Both the position numbers and the translations under genes were made by a program. A stretch of DNA of 64,000 nt, taken from contig JBIIHW010000009.1 in assembly GCA_044235425.1 (NCBI GenBank), positions 1 to 64,000 on the forward strand. The letters run 5' to 3'. Under the pieces are notes generated by a model. It worked only from the letters and a program-made list of their open reading frames with translations, was not told the origin of the DNA and did not search any database. The DNA comes from Pirellulaceae bacterium. Its GTDB lineage: Bacteria > Planctomycetota > Planctomycetia > Pirellulales > Pirellulaceae. Numbering within the stretch: the stretch's first letter is position 1; every line of letters starts with the position of its first letter. Positions 9,991-18,418 of the stretch are shown in pieces.

Positions 9991-11382
9991 TTAGAAGTCG
10001 GCACTGCCGGGCGTACGGGGAAATGGGATCACGTCGCGGATATTGCCCATTCCCGTGATGAACTGAATCACACGTTCCAGCCCGAGTCCAAAACCGGCGT
10101 GCGGGACAGTGCCAAAGCGACGCAGGTCGAGATACCACCAATAAGCTTGGGGATCAAGTCCACTATCGCGCATGCGTTGTTCGAGCACATCCAGACGTTC
10201 TTCGCGCTGGCTGCCACCAATGATTTCGCCCACCTTGGGAACCAGCACATCCATGGCGCGTACGGTTCGCCCATCGTCGTTAAGTCGCATGTAGAAAGCT
10301 TTGATTTGCTTGGGATAGTCGTACAGGATTACGGGACGACGGAAATGCTGTTCCGTCAAATACCGCTCATGCTCAGATTGCAAATCAATTCCCCATTCCA
10401 CTGGATACTCAAACGTCTGACCGCTCCTCATCAGAATTTCCACGGCATCAGTATATGGCAGTCGTACGAAGTCACTGGAGAGAATCCCTTGGAGCGTTTC
10501 CAGAACCGTGGGATCGATGCGTTCATTGAAAAACGCCATATCTTCGGCACAGTGTGTCAGCACGTCGTGAAAGATTCGTTTGAGGAAGCGTTCGGCGAGC
10601 GTCATGTTGTCCTGGAGATCGAAGAATGCCATCTCTGGTTCAATCATCCAGAATTCCGCCAAATGCCGCGAGGTATTCGAGTTCTCAGCGCGGAACGTGG
10701 GGCCAAAGGTATACACTTTGCCTAAGGCGCAAGCGAAAATCTCTGCCTCCAACTGACCACTCACCGTAAGAAACGCCGGCTTTTGGAAAAAGTCCTGCTG
10801 ATAATCCACTTTGCCTTCCACCTTGGGCAGTTGGTTGGGATCGAGTGTCGAGACTCGAAACATCGCTCCAGCGCCTTCGCAATCGCTGGCGGTGATGATG
10901 GGTGGATGTACATACAGAAATCCATCCTCTTGAAAAAAGCGATGGATCGACTGACAGACTTGATTGCGCACACGGGCGATCGCGCCAAAGGTGTTGGTGC
11001 GGGGACGCAGATGCTGCCACTCACGTAGTTTCTCAAACGAATGCTGTTTTTTCTGGAGTGGGTAGAGGTCTGGATCAGCCCAGCCGTGAACGGTGATCGA
11101 GTCGGCCAGCAGTTCAGTTGCCTGCCCTTTTCCACCCGACTCCTTCAGCCGTCCCTCGATTGTCACGCTGCAGCCCGCTCCGAGCCGTTTCACCTCCGAC
11201 TCATAGTTATCCAAACGTGATTCCGCGATGACCTGCAAGTTGGAAAGGCAACTGCCGTCGTTGATTTCCAAGAAGCTGAAACCGCCTTTGGAATCGCGCC
11301 GAGTGCGAACCCAGCCGCGGAGGCGTACCTGTTGACCGATCGATGTGGGGCGGCGAGCGTCTTGGACGGAGATGAGTTGCAT
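9991..11382 (-). CDS. asnS: asparagine--tRNA ligase
   Basis: Class II aaRS motifs ([37 protein letters not shown]) and an N-terminal OB-fold anticodon-binding region. Confidence 0.85.
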   Translation of the reverse strand: MQLISVQDARRPTSIGQQVRLRGWVRTRRDSKGGFSFLEINDGSCLSNLQVIAESRLDNYESEVKRLGAGCSVTIEGRLKESGGKGQATELLADSITVHGWADPDLYPLQKKQHSFEKLREWQHLRPRTNTFGAIARVRNQVCQSIHRFFQEDGFLYVHPPIITASDCEGAGAMFRVSTLDPNQLPKVEGKVDYQQDFFQKPAFLTVSGQLEAEIFACALGKVYTFGPTFRAENSNTSRHLAEFWMIEPEMAFFDLQDNMTLAERFLKRIFHDVLTHCAEDMAFFNERIDPTVLETLQGILSSDFVRLPYTDAVEILMRSGQTFEYPVEWGIDLQSEHERYLTEQHFRRPVILYDYPKQIKAFYMRLNDDGRTVRAMDVLVPKVGEIIGGSQREERLDVLEQRMRDSGLDPQAYWWYLDLRRFGTVPHAGFGLGLERVIQFITGMGNIRDVIPFPRTPGSADF

Positions 11383-11592
11383 AAGCGCGTCTCGGGAAAA
11401 TTCTAAAACGTCGTGACGAGTCTAAATAATCAGCGGTGCGGTATTGTGACGTTCGCAGGCGGGGCGTGACAAGCGGACAACCAACGCCCCACACATTCGT
11501 GATAGCCGTCCCAGAGCCGCTCCGCTTTCATTACTTCCCAAAGGCGATACGATGACCAAGATGATGTTCGCAGTCCCCCAGTTCATTCGATC
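11383..11592. promoter_or_regulatory. divergent promoter region between asnS (-) and the acyl-CoA synthetase operon (+)
   Basis: A 210-bp intergenic gap between divergently oriented genes. No specific boxes were identified. Confidence 0.3.
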
Positions 11593-13455
11593 ATGAACGA
11601 GCAGCACCTGATTGACTTTTTGTTACGCCGCGCGACGGACACTCCGTCACGACTGGCCCTGGTCTGGCCGAGTCTGGCGAAATTTCCTGAAGGGCGATCC
11701 CGTGGGGCAAGACTCTCTGGAGCCACGAAGATTATTGGCCCCACGGGATATCATCACCGCACTTGGAGCGAGCTGGCGGCGGACGTCTGGTACCTGACCG
11801 AATGGCTGGCAAGTCAACATGTCCAAGCGGGTGATCGCATCGTCCACGTATCCGAGAATCGATACGAATGGATCCTCGTTGATCTGGCAATTCTGGCACT
11901 CGGTGCCGTGCATGTGCCGCTGCATACAACGTTAAACAGTACGCAGTTTGCCGAGCAGATTGCTCATAGCCAACCAAGCTTGATCCTCGTTTCGAAGTCG
12001 ACCCAGTCGCTGGTCAGTGCGGCGCTGCGGCAGCGGCGCAAACGCAGCGTCAAAACCAAAATCACCGTCATCGACGAATTGAGTCCGTCGGCCAGCGACC
12101 ATGTACACGAGTCGACTCAACCCGGCCGTCGTCTGGCTGAGCAAACAGTCGCCGCGGCGGACGGTCACGCTCTGGCCACCATCCTGTACACCTCGGGAAC
12201 GCTCGGCGAGCCACGCGGGGTGATGCTGAGTCACGCCAATCTGATTGCCAACACGCGTGGCATCCTGCAAGCCTTCGGTGAAAACCCTCGTGAACGGCGT
12301 TTATCTTTTTTACCTCTAAGTCACATCTATGCGCGCACCTGTGATTTATATGTCTGGCTGGTAAGTGGCACGGAGATGGTCCTATCGCCCACACCCGCTA
12401 GCGTGCTTCCAATCGCGCAGGACACTCAGCCCACATTCCTCAATGGTGTTCCATTCTTCTACGAACGACTTGTCGCCGGTTTAGCGGATGCCCTGCGGGA
12501 CCGCGGAGGCCATGCACAGCCGGGAGTGCTGAAAACCGCTCTGGGTGGCAACATGGAACAGTGCAGCTGCGGAGGAGCAGCCGTTTCCGCGGCACTGGTT
12601 GACTATTTTCAGCGGCAGCAGGTTCATCTCTTGCCTGGCTATGGTCTTTCCGAAGCTGCCCCGGTAGTCGCTACGTCCACTCCCCTGCAGTCACGACGTG
12701 ACACCGTGGGACGCCCCTTGCCGAATCTTGATATCAAGATTTCGGCGGAAGGTGAAATTCTCGTACGCGGGCCCAATATCATGCTGGGCTACTATCGTGA
12801 TGAACCGCTCACCCAAGAAGTCTGCCGAGACGGCTGGTTATATACGGGCGATCTAGGTCGAGTCGACGCGGACGGGTTTCTTGTGATCACGGGTCGTTTG
12901 AAAGAATTGATTGCGACCAATCAGGGAAAAAAAATTCCACCTCTGCCTCTCGAACAACAGCTTACGGCCGATCCGCTCATCGCACAGGTTATGATCGTCG
13001 GGGAACAGCGCGACTACCTCACCGCGCTGGTCGTTCCCGATTGGGGACTCGTGAGGACCACGCTGGGACTTGCAGAACCCACGGAACGCTCGAAAACGAC
13101 AGCGAGGAAAAAAACTGCACCAGCAGCGGCAGCCACACCAGCAGCGGCAGCCACACCAGCAGCGGCAGCCACACCAGCCATGGTAAAACCGGCGGAGCTA
13201 CCGCTGGACTTGCGGGTGCAGCAGTTGCTGGCGGCCCGCATTGCCGCTGCTCAGCACGCGGCGACTCCGCTTGAGCAGGTGCGTCGAGCGGTATTATTGC
13301 CGGAACGTTTCTCGATCGAGAACGGTGGGTTGACCGCCAAACTCACCCTGCGACGAGCTCACCTGACCAGTCAGCATGCTGCGGTGATCGCAGCCATGTA
13401 TGCTGGTGACCGTCGCGAACGATCGTGGTTCGAAGTGCCAGCCACTGAAAAATAA
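11593..13455 (+). CDS. AMP-dependent synthetase/ligase (long-chain acyl-CoA synthetase-like)
   Basis: AMP-binding motif YTSGTLGEPRGVMLSH and adenylation core GYGLSEA...YTGDLG...RLKELI. It contains an in-frame (PAAAAT)x3 insertion encoded by an 18-bp tandem repeat at ~13123-13176. Confidence 0.75.
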   Translation: MNEQHLIDFLLRRATDTPSRLALVWPSLAKFPEGRSRGARLSGATKIIGPTGYHHRTWSELAADVWYLTEWLASQHVQAGDRIVHVSENRYEWILVDLAILALGAVHVPLHTTLNSTQFAEQIAHSQPSLILVSKSTQSLVSAALRQRRKRSVKTKITVIDELSPSASDHVHESTQPGRRLAEQTVAAADGHALATILYTSGTLGEPRGVMLSHANLIANTRGILQAFGENPRERRLSFLPLSHIYARTCDLYVWLVSGTEMVLSPTPASVLPIAQDTQPTFLNGVPFFYERLVAGLADALRDRGGHAQPGVLKTALGGNMEQCSCGGAAVSAALVDYFQRQQVHLLPGYGLSEAAPVVATSTPLQSRRDTVGRPLPNLDIKISAEGEILVRGPNIMLGYYRDEPLTQEVCRDGWLYTGDLGRVDADGFLVITGRLKELIATNQGKKIPPLPLEQQLTADPLIAQVMIVGEQRDYLTALVVPDWGLVRTTLGLAEPTERSKTTARKKTAPAAAATPAAAATPAAAATPAMVKPAELPLDLRVQQLLAARIAAAQHAATPLEQVRRAVLLPERFSIENGGLTAKLTLRRAHLTSQHAAVIAAMYAGDRRERSWFEVPATEK

Positions 13456-13457
13456 TC

Positions 13458-15164
13458 ATGGAATCCCGTACTACAGCTGATGGATCCTGGCAGTTGCGTC
13501 CGCAATACGCCGCCGCTGCCAGTCCCGTGTTTCGAGCCGTCTGGGATGTGTCCGCGGGCGAGGAATTATTTCGGACGGAGCCGGGTGTGATTCGTCCCCA
13601 GGTCGCTCACGTCATGAACGCCTGCGAACAGATTGTGAATCGCGCGTTTCTCGATTCAACACTCTACGACCACCAGGGCAAGCTCTCATCGGCGCTGATC
13701 GCGCAGCTGGCGCAGGCAGGATACTGGGGACTGCTGATCGATGAATCGTATGGGGGAACAGCTGCCCATTATCGCGAGTTCATGCCACTGCTGACTCGCC
13801 TGGCCCGCTGGACGGGCACGGTCGCGGGACTCGCGGCGGTCCACGGCTGCATCGGAGCGGCGGGGCAATTGCAACGTTTTGGCAACGACTGGCAACAGCG
13901 GCAGTGGTTACCCAGCCTGGCTCGCGGTGAACGACTCGCCGCCTTCGCACTCACCGAACCCGGAGCCGGTTCCGATCTCACTCGCTTGCAAACTCGAGCC
14001 GTGCGAGTGGGTGAGGAGCTGTCGATTACGGGAGACAAGTTATTCATCACGAACGCCGACTATGGCCGAACGATTGGACTTGTCTGCTTGCTCGATGAGC
14101 AGCCGGCGGTTGTGATCTGCGATTTACCTTGGCAAGAGACTGAGAGTTTTCAGCTGGTGCATTACGAACTGCATGCTTTGCAGCACAATCTGAATCGCGG
14201 CCTCCGTCTGCGGAACTTTCGCGTACCGGTTAAAAACCTGCTCGAGCCGCCCCGAGGCGACGGACTCACGATCGCCTACCATGGATTGAATCGAGGGCGA
14301 GTGGCATTGTGTGCGCAAGCGGCTGGTACCATGCGCCGACTGCTGGCCAGCATGGTCGCCTGGAGTCAGGAGCGAATCACGTATGGCCAGCCGCTCGTCA
14401 CCCGCGAACTGGTGTTACGACGAATCGGGCGACTCGCAGCACTCATCGTGGGCTGCGATGCTCTGACCTGCTGGTCCGCTACGCTCCTCGATCACGGTTA
14501 TCGCGGGGAGCTGGAAGGAATCGTGACGAAGGTGTTTGCGAGTGACGCGCTGCGGGAGGCGGCGGTCGAACTGGCATTGAAGACACACGGTGGCCGTTCC
14601 TTTCTCAAAGGCCATCCGGTCGGCGATTACTTGCATGACTATCTGGCGACGAGCATCTACGAGGGCGAGAGTGAGCTGCTGAGCCTGGCACTGATTCGGA
14701 CCTTGATGAAGCCCACGTCAAAACCTGGTGTGGACTCAGCAGCCGTCGGCAGTAGCCGTGGCGCTCATAGCCGTGGCGCTCATAGCCGTGGCGCTCATAG
14801 CAGTGGCGCTCATAGCAGTGGCGCTCATAGCAGTAGCATTCGTAGCGCTAGCCCGCAGCTCGCCGAGCTGCGATTGCTGGGTGAAGAACTGCGGGCGGCC
14901 CAGCACCAACAGGGTGTGCAGCTCGCCGCTCGACAATGCTGGCTGGCGGAGCTCTCCGGGCGCATCCAGCGGCTGATTGTGCAGCTTGTGGTACAGCAGT
15001 ATCGCGCCGAGCAGTCCGACGATCGCGTGCGGCAGGCGGCAATCGTACTGATGGACGACTTGCAACGTCAGCTGCGAGGGCATCGGCCCAGCGAAGACGA
15101 GTATCAGCGGGTGGTGGAACTGGGACGGCAGGTGAGCGAGCGTGGATTCGTCGCCAGCGCCTAA
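13458..15164 (+). CDS. acyl-CoA dehydrogenase family protein
   Basis: ACAD-like middle and C-terminal domains (FALTEPGAGSDL, ITGDKLFITNA). The start lies 3 nt after the synthetase stop, suggesting an operon. The C-terminal region carries an in-frame (SRGAH/SSGAH)x6 repeat. Confidence 0.65.
   Translation: MESRTTADGSWQLRPQYAAAASPVFRAVWDVSAGEELFRTEPGVIRPQVAHVMNACEQIVNRAFLDSTLYDHQGKLSSALIAQLAQAGYWGLLIDESYGGTAAHYREFMPLLTRLARWTGTVAGLAAVHGCIGAAGQLQRFGNDWQQRQWLPSLARGERLAAFALTEPGAGSDLTRLQTRAVRVGEELSITGDKLFITNADYGRTIGLVCLLDEQPAVVICDLPWQETESFQLVHYELHALQHNLNRGLRLRNFRVPVKNLLEPPRGDGLTIAYHGLNRGRVALCAQAAGTMRRLLASMVAWSQERITYGQPLVTRELVLRRIGRLAALIVGCDALTCWSATLLDHGYRGELEGIVTKVFASDALREAAVELALKTHGGRSFLKGHPVGDYLHDYLATSIYEGESELLSLALIRTLMKPTSKPGVDSAAVGSSRGAHSRGAHSRGAHSSGAHSSGAHSSSIRSASPQLAELRLLGEELRAAQHQQGVQLAARQCWLAELSGRIQRLIVQLVVQQYRAEQSDDRVRQAAIVLMDDLQRQLRGHRPSEDEYQRVVELGRQVSERGFVASA
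14752..14838 (+). repeat. in-frame 15-bp tandem repeat (ggcgctcatagccgt, ~6 copies) inside the acyl-CoA dehydrogenase gene
   Basis: Read directly from the sequence. It encodes SRGAHSRGAHSRGAHSSGAHSSGAHSS. Confidence 0.9.
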
Positions 15165-15236
15165 GGGGCTACCCAGCGGCAACAGGCGTAACTATGTTGG
15201 CGACGACTTGCGTGTGAGCGGCTAGTCGGTTGGTCG

Positions 15237-15303
15237 CGCCGGGTGCGGGGTTTGGGGTTCGGGGTTCGGGGTGCGGGGTGCGGGGTGCGGGGGTCGGGGT
15301 TCA
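15237..15303 (+). repeat. G-rich heptamer tandem repeat (GGGGTKC)x~8, candidate G-quadruplex-forming tract
   Basis: The sequence ggggtttggggttcggggttcggggtgcggggtgcggggtgcgggggtcggggtt lies immediately upstream of the cinA start codon. Confidence 0.85.
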
Positions 15304-15325
15304 GGCAAAGAGGATCAGCAGCGTC

Positions 15326-16588
15326 ATGGTGGCGGAAATCATTTCCATTGGCGATGAACTCACCAGTGGCGAGCGGCTGGACACTAACAGCCAGTGGCTA
15401 AGCCAGCGTCTTGGCGAAGTGGGGATTCGAGTGGCTTATCACACGACGGTCGCCGATGACTTGGAGGCGAACGTGCGTGTGCTACGGGAGTCCTTCGCGC
15501 GGGCCGACGTGATTATTTGTACGGGTGGACTGGGGCCTACCGCCGATGACCTCACTCGACAGGCACTGGCCGCAACCTTGGGGGTCGAATTGGAACTGGA
15601 TGCCGCGTCGCTCGCACATATCGAGCAGCTCTTCGCGCGACGCCAGCGTCCGATGCCGCCCGCCAATCAAATTCAGGCGATGTTCCCGGTGGGCAGTCGA
15701 GTGATTCCCAATCCCCACGGAACCGCTCCGGGAATTGACTATCAAGTGACTCGGCCTGGTCGCACGTCCGCTCGCATTTTTTGTCTACCCGGGGTACCTG
15801 CGGAAATGAAAGAAATGTGGGCTGCTACCGTGCTGCCGAGACTCACCGACGCTCACCTGGCCGCCCAACAACTCATTCGTCATAAGTGCCTGAAATGTTT
15901 TGGGGTGGGCGAGAGCGACCTGGAGGCGATGCTTCCCGATCTCATTCGTCGCGGACGGGAACCGCAGGTGGGGATCACGGTGAGTCAGGCGACGATCACG
16001 CTCCGCATCACCGCGTGCGCCGCGATAGCCGCTGATTGCGAAGCGCAGATGGCGCCGACGTTGGCGACGATTCGGGAATGCCTGGGAAACCTGGTGTATG
16101 GAGAAGATGACGAGGAGTTGCAGCATGTGGTGGGGCGTCAGTTGCAACAATGTGGCCAAACGCTCAGCACGTTAGAACTGGCCACACCGGGACTCCTCAG
16201 TCGTTGGCTGGCGGCGTTGCCGGCGGCCGGCAGTCCTTACCGCGGAGGCTTGGTCGTCCCCGCGGATGCTCGCTCGTGGCCGAGCCCACTGGTGGGGCTA
16301 GCCGCCGCACCGAGTACCGGCTGGACCGCTGAGTATGCGACGACCGTTGCCCGCCGTGTGCGGGAGCAATGGGGCACAGACTATGGCCTCGTGATTGGCC
16401 CGCGGCCAGCAGCCGAGCCGCCATCAAGCTCACCGCCGGCGGAGGTGGGACGAGTCTGGTTGGCTCTAGTGGGGCCGACGGCAGACGAGGTGGAGGTTGT
16501 GGCCTGGCCGTTCAGCGGGCATCCGGATGTAGTGGAAGCGCGGGCCGCCAAGACCGCCTTGAATCTCCTGCGATTAAAGATTCTGTAA
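15326..16588 (+). CDS. cinA: competence/damage-inducible protein CinA (NMN deamidase family)
   Basis: N-terminal MoCF-binding domain (MVAEIISIGDELTSGERLDTNSQWL, CTGGLGPTADDLT) and a C-terminal CinA domain. The ORF-track start at 15230 would translate the G-rich repeat, so ATG 15326 was preferred. Confidence 0.75.
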   Translation: MVAEIISIGDELTSGERLDTNSQWLSQRLGEVGIRVAYHTTVADDLEANVRVLRESFARADVIICTGGLGPTADDLTRQALAATLGVELELDAASLAHIEQLFARRQRPMPPANQIQAMFPVGSRVIPNPHGTAPGIDYQVTRPGRTSARIFCLPGVPAEMKEMWAATVLPRLTDAHLAAQQLIRHKCLKCFGVGESDLEAMLPDLIRRGREPQVGITVSQATITLRITACAAIAADCEAQMAPTLATIRECLGNLVYGEDDEELQHVVGRQLQQCGQTLSTLELATPGLLSRWLAALPAAGSPYRGGLVVPADARSWPSPLVGLAAAPSTGWTAEYATTVARRVREQWGTDYGLVIGPRPAAEPPSSSPPAEVGRVWLALVGPTADEVEVVAWPFSGHPDVVEARAAKTALNLLRLKIL

Positions 16589-16648
16589 CCGTAGTGCCAC
16601 AGATGGTGTACTGCGGGTACAACGGCCGCACTCACAAAGGTTTGTTTC

Positions 16649-18082
16649 ATGAACGATTTCCTCGAAAGCGCAGGAGCACGTGGTGCCAGTTGGCTGTTGG
16701 CAGCGATCGACTACGATCCGATTGCGCTGAGTTTAAAGAAGTTGCATGTGGAAGATGTGCTGCTGCCCGTCCTCGTGCAACTGGTCATCATTCTGATTGC
16801 CGCACGCGTGGCGGCTCGAGTGGCGATTCGACTGGGACAGCCGGGGGTGGTGGGGGAGATCGCCGCAGGCCTGCTGCTCGGCCCCTCACTGCTCGGCAAG
16901 TTTTTTCCAGAACTGTGGGGAGCGGTATTTCATCCCAATCCAGAGTTTCCGGGCTTGGTCGCGGGGTTATTCGACGTGACCCTCAACTGGATCTTTTCGG
17001 TTTTTAGTCAATTGGGGCTGATTTTGCTGCTGTTCCTGGTGGGACTGGAGTTTGATTTTGCGCATTTGAAAACAAGTGGACGTTCGGCGGCCGCGATTTC
17101 GCTGGCCGGCATCTTACTGCCGTTCACCTTGGGTGCCCTCGTCGGCTGGGGACTCCATCCCTTCTGTGAAGCTCATCCCGATTCGGGAGAAACTCCGCCG
17201 CTGTTCGGGATGCTGCTGTTTATGGGCACGGCGATGTCGATCACGGCGCTTCCGATTCTCGGACGCATGATGATGGAGTTTAACCTGACACGTACGCAGC
17301 TGGGGGTGGTGACGATTTCCGCCGCGGCGATCGACGATGTCGCAGGCTGGACGCTGCTGGCGACCGTCTCGTCGATCGTCAAAGGGGATTTCAAGCCGCA
17401 GGCAACCGCCTGGATGGTCTTGTCGACGGTCTTGTTTGCCGTGGTCATGATCTGGGTCGTCCGTCCGCTACTCGTGCGCTGGGTACGGTATGAAATGAAA
17501 CGCCGCAACGGACAACTGGGACTAGACGGGCTCGCCATCGTCTTCGTGCTCATCTTTGCGGCGTCAATCCTCACGAACAAGATTGGCATCTTTGCGATCT
17601 TTGGAGCCTTTACACTAGGGGCTTGCTTATCCACGGAGACTGAATTCCGGGAAGCGGTCTCGCGCCGTTTGCGAGATTTAGTAACGGCTTTTTTCCTGCC
17701 GATTTTCTTTACCTATACCGGACTGCGGACGAACATTGGGAGCTTGTCGAGCGGCACGCTGTGGCTCTGGTGCGGGCTGGTGCTAGCGGCGGCGGTCGTC
17801 GGCAAAATGTTGGGCTGTTCTCTGGCCGCCCGCATGACCGGCTTTTCCAAGCGCGAGGCGGGCTGCATCGGCGTGATGATGAATACGCGCGCCTTAATGG
17901 AACTGATCGTCATCAATGTCGGCTATCAGTTACGCGTGATTCCGCCGAGTGTTTTCTGCATGCTTGTCATCATGGCGCTGGTGACGACCGTGATGACGAC
18001 TCCACTCTTGACTCGTTTGATTCCCGGCACATCGGTCGCGGACTCGTTTCGCGAGTCGGAGTTCGCGCGGCGCACGTCGTAA
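16649..18082 (+). CDS. cation:proton antiporter (CPA2/Kef-type)
   Basis: About 12 predicted TM helices and Na+/H+ exchanger family motifs (GEIAAGLLLGPSLLG, conserved D/T in TM regions). Confidence 0.7.
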   Translation: MNDFLESAGARGASWLLAAIDYDPIALSLKKLHVEDVLLPVLVQLVIILIAARVAARVAIRLGQPGVVGEIAAGLLLGPSLLGKFFPELWGAVFHPNPEFPGLVAGLFDVTLNWIFSVFSQLGLILLLFLVGLEFDFAHLKTSGRSAAAISLAGILLPFTLGALVGWGLHPFCEAHPDSGETPPLFGMLLFMGTAMSITALPILGRMMMEFNLTRTQLGVVTISAAAIDDVAGWTLLATVSSIVKGDFKPQATAWMVLSTVLFAVVMIWVVRPLLVRWVRYEMKRRNGQLGLDGLAIVFVLIFAASILTNKIGIFAIFGAFTLGACLSTETEFREAVSRRLRDLVTAFFLPIFFTYTGLRTNIGSLSSGTLWLWCGLVLAAAVVGKMLGCSLAARMTGFSKREAGCIGVMMNTRALMELIVINVGYQLRVIPPSVFCMLVIMALVTTVMTTPLLTRLIPGTSVADSFRESEFARRTS

Positions 18083-18219
18083 GACACTCGTCGTAAGACA
18101 CTCGTCGTAAGACACTCGTCGTAAGACACTCGTCGTAAGACACTCGTCGTATGGCACTCGTCGTAAGACACTCGTCGTAAGACACTCGTCGTAAGACACT
18201 CGTCGTATGGCACTCGTCG
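18076..18219. repeat. 14-bp tandem repeat (cgtaagacactcgt with cgtatggcactcgt variants) x~10
   Basis: Read directly from the sequence. The first unit overlaps the TAA stop of the antiporter gene. Confidence 0.9.
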
Positions 18220-18418
18220 CAGGGCGAACGGGGCGACGGCGCAGCCTTTTTCGCAAGCTGCGCAGGCTAGGAAAGGCAGGCAAGTGCTCATTACCCACCG
18301 CTCATGATTTTGCCCCGATTTTCTTGGGTCTGGGGCTTTTCCGGTTGTAGCGGATATGTCGTTGATAGCCGATGTTAGAGAGGCTTAGTTTCGCAGTTTC
18401 TCGACGATAGGCGGTTCC

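Noticed and set aside
9952-10725. 257-aa plus-strand ORF overlapping asnS
   Set aside because: It is antisense to the well-supported asnS gene and has no conserved features.
15230-15325. Gly-rich N-terminal extension of cinA in the ORF track
   Set aside because: It would be translated from the (GGGGTKC)n tandem repeat. The conserved CinA N-terminus begins at the internal Met (MVAEIISIGDELTSGER), so ATG 15326 was preferred.
17926-18298. Minus-strand ORFs (121-122 aa) translating as LRRVSYDECLTTSV repeats
   Set aside because: They are the direct translation of the 14-bp tandem repeat array and are not protein-coding.
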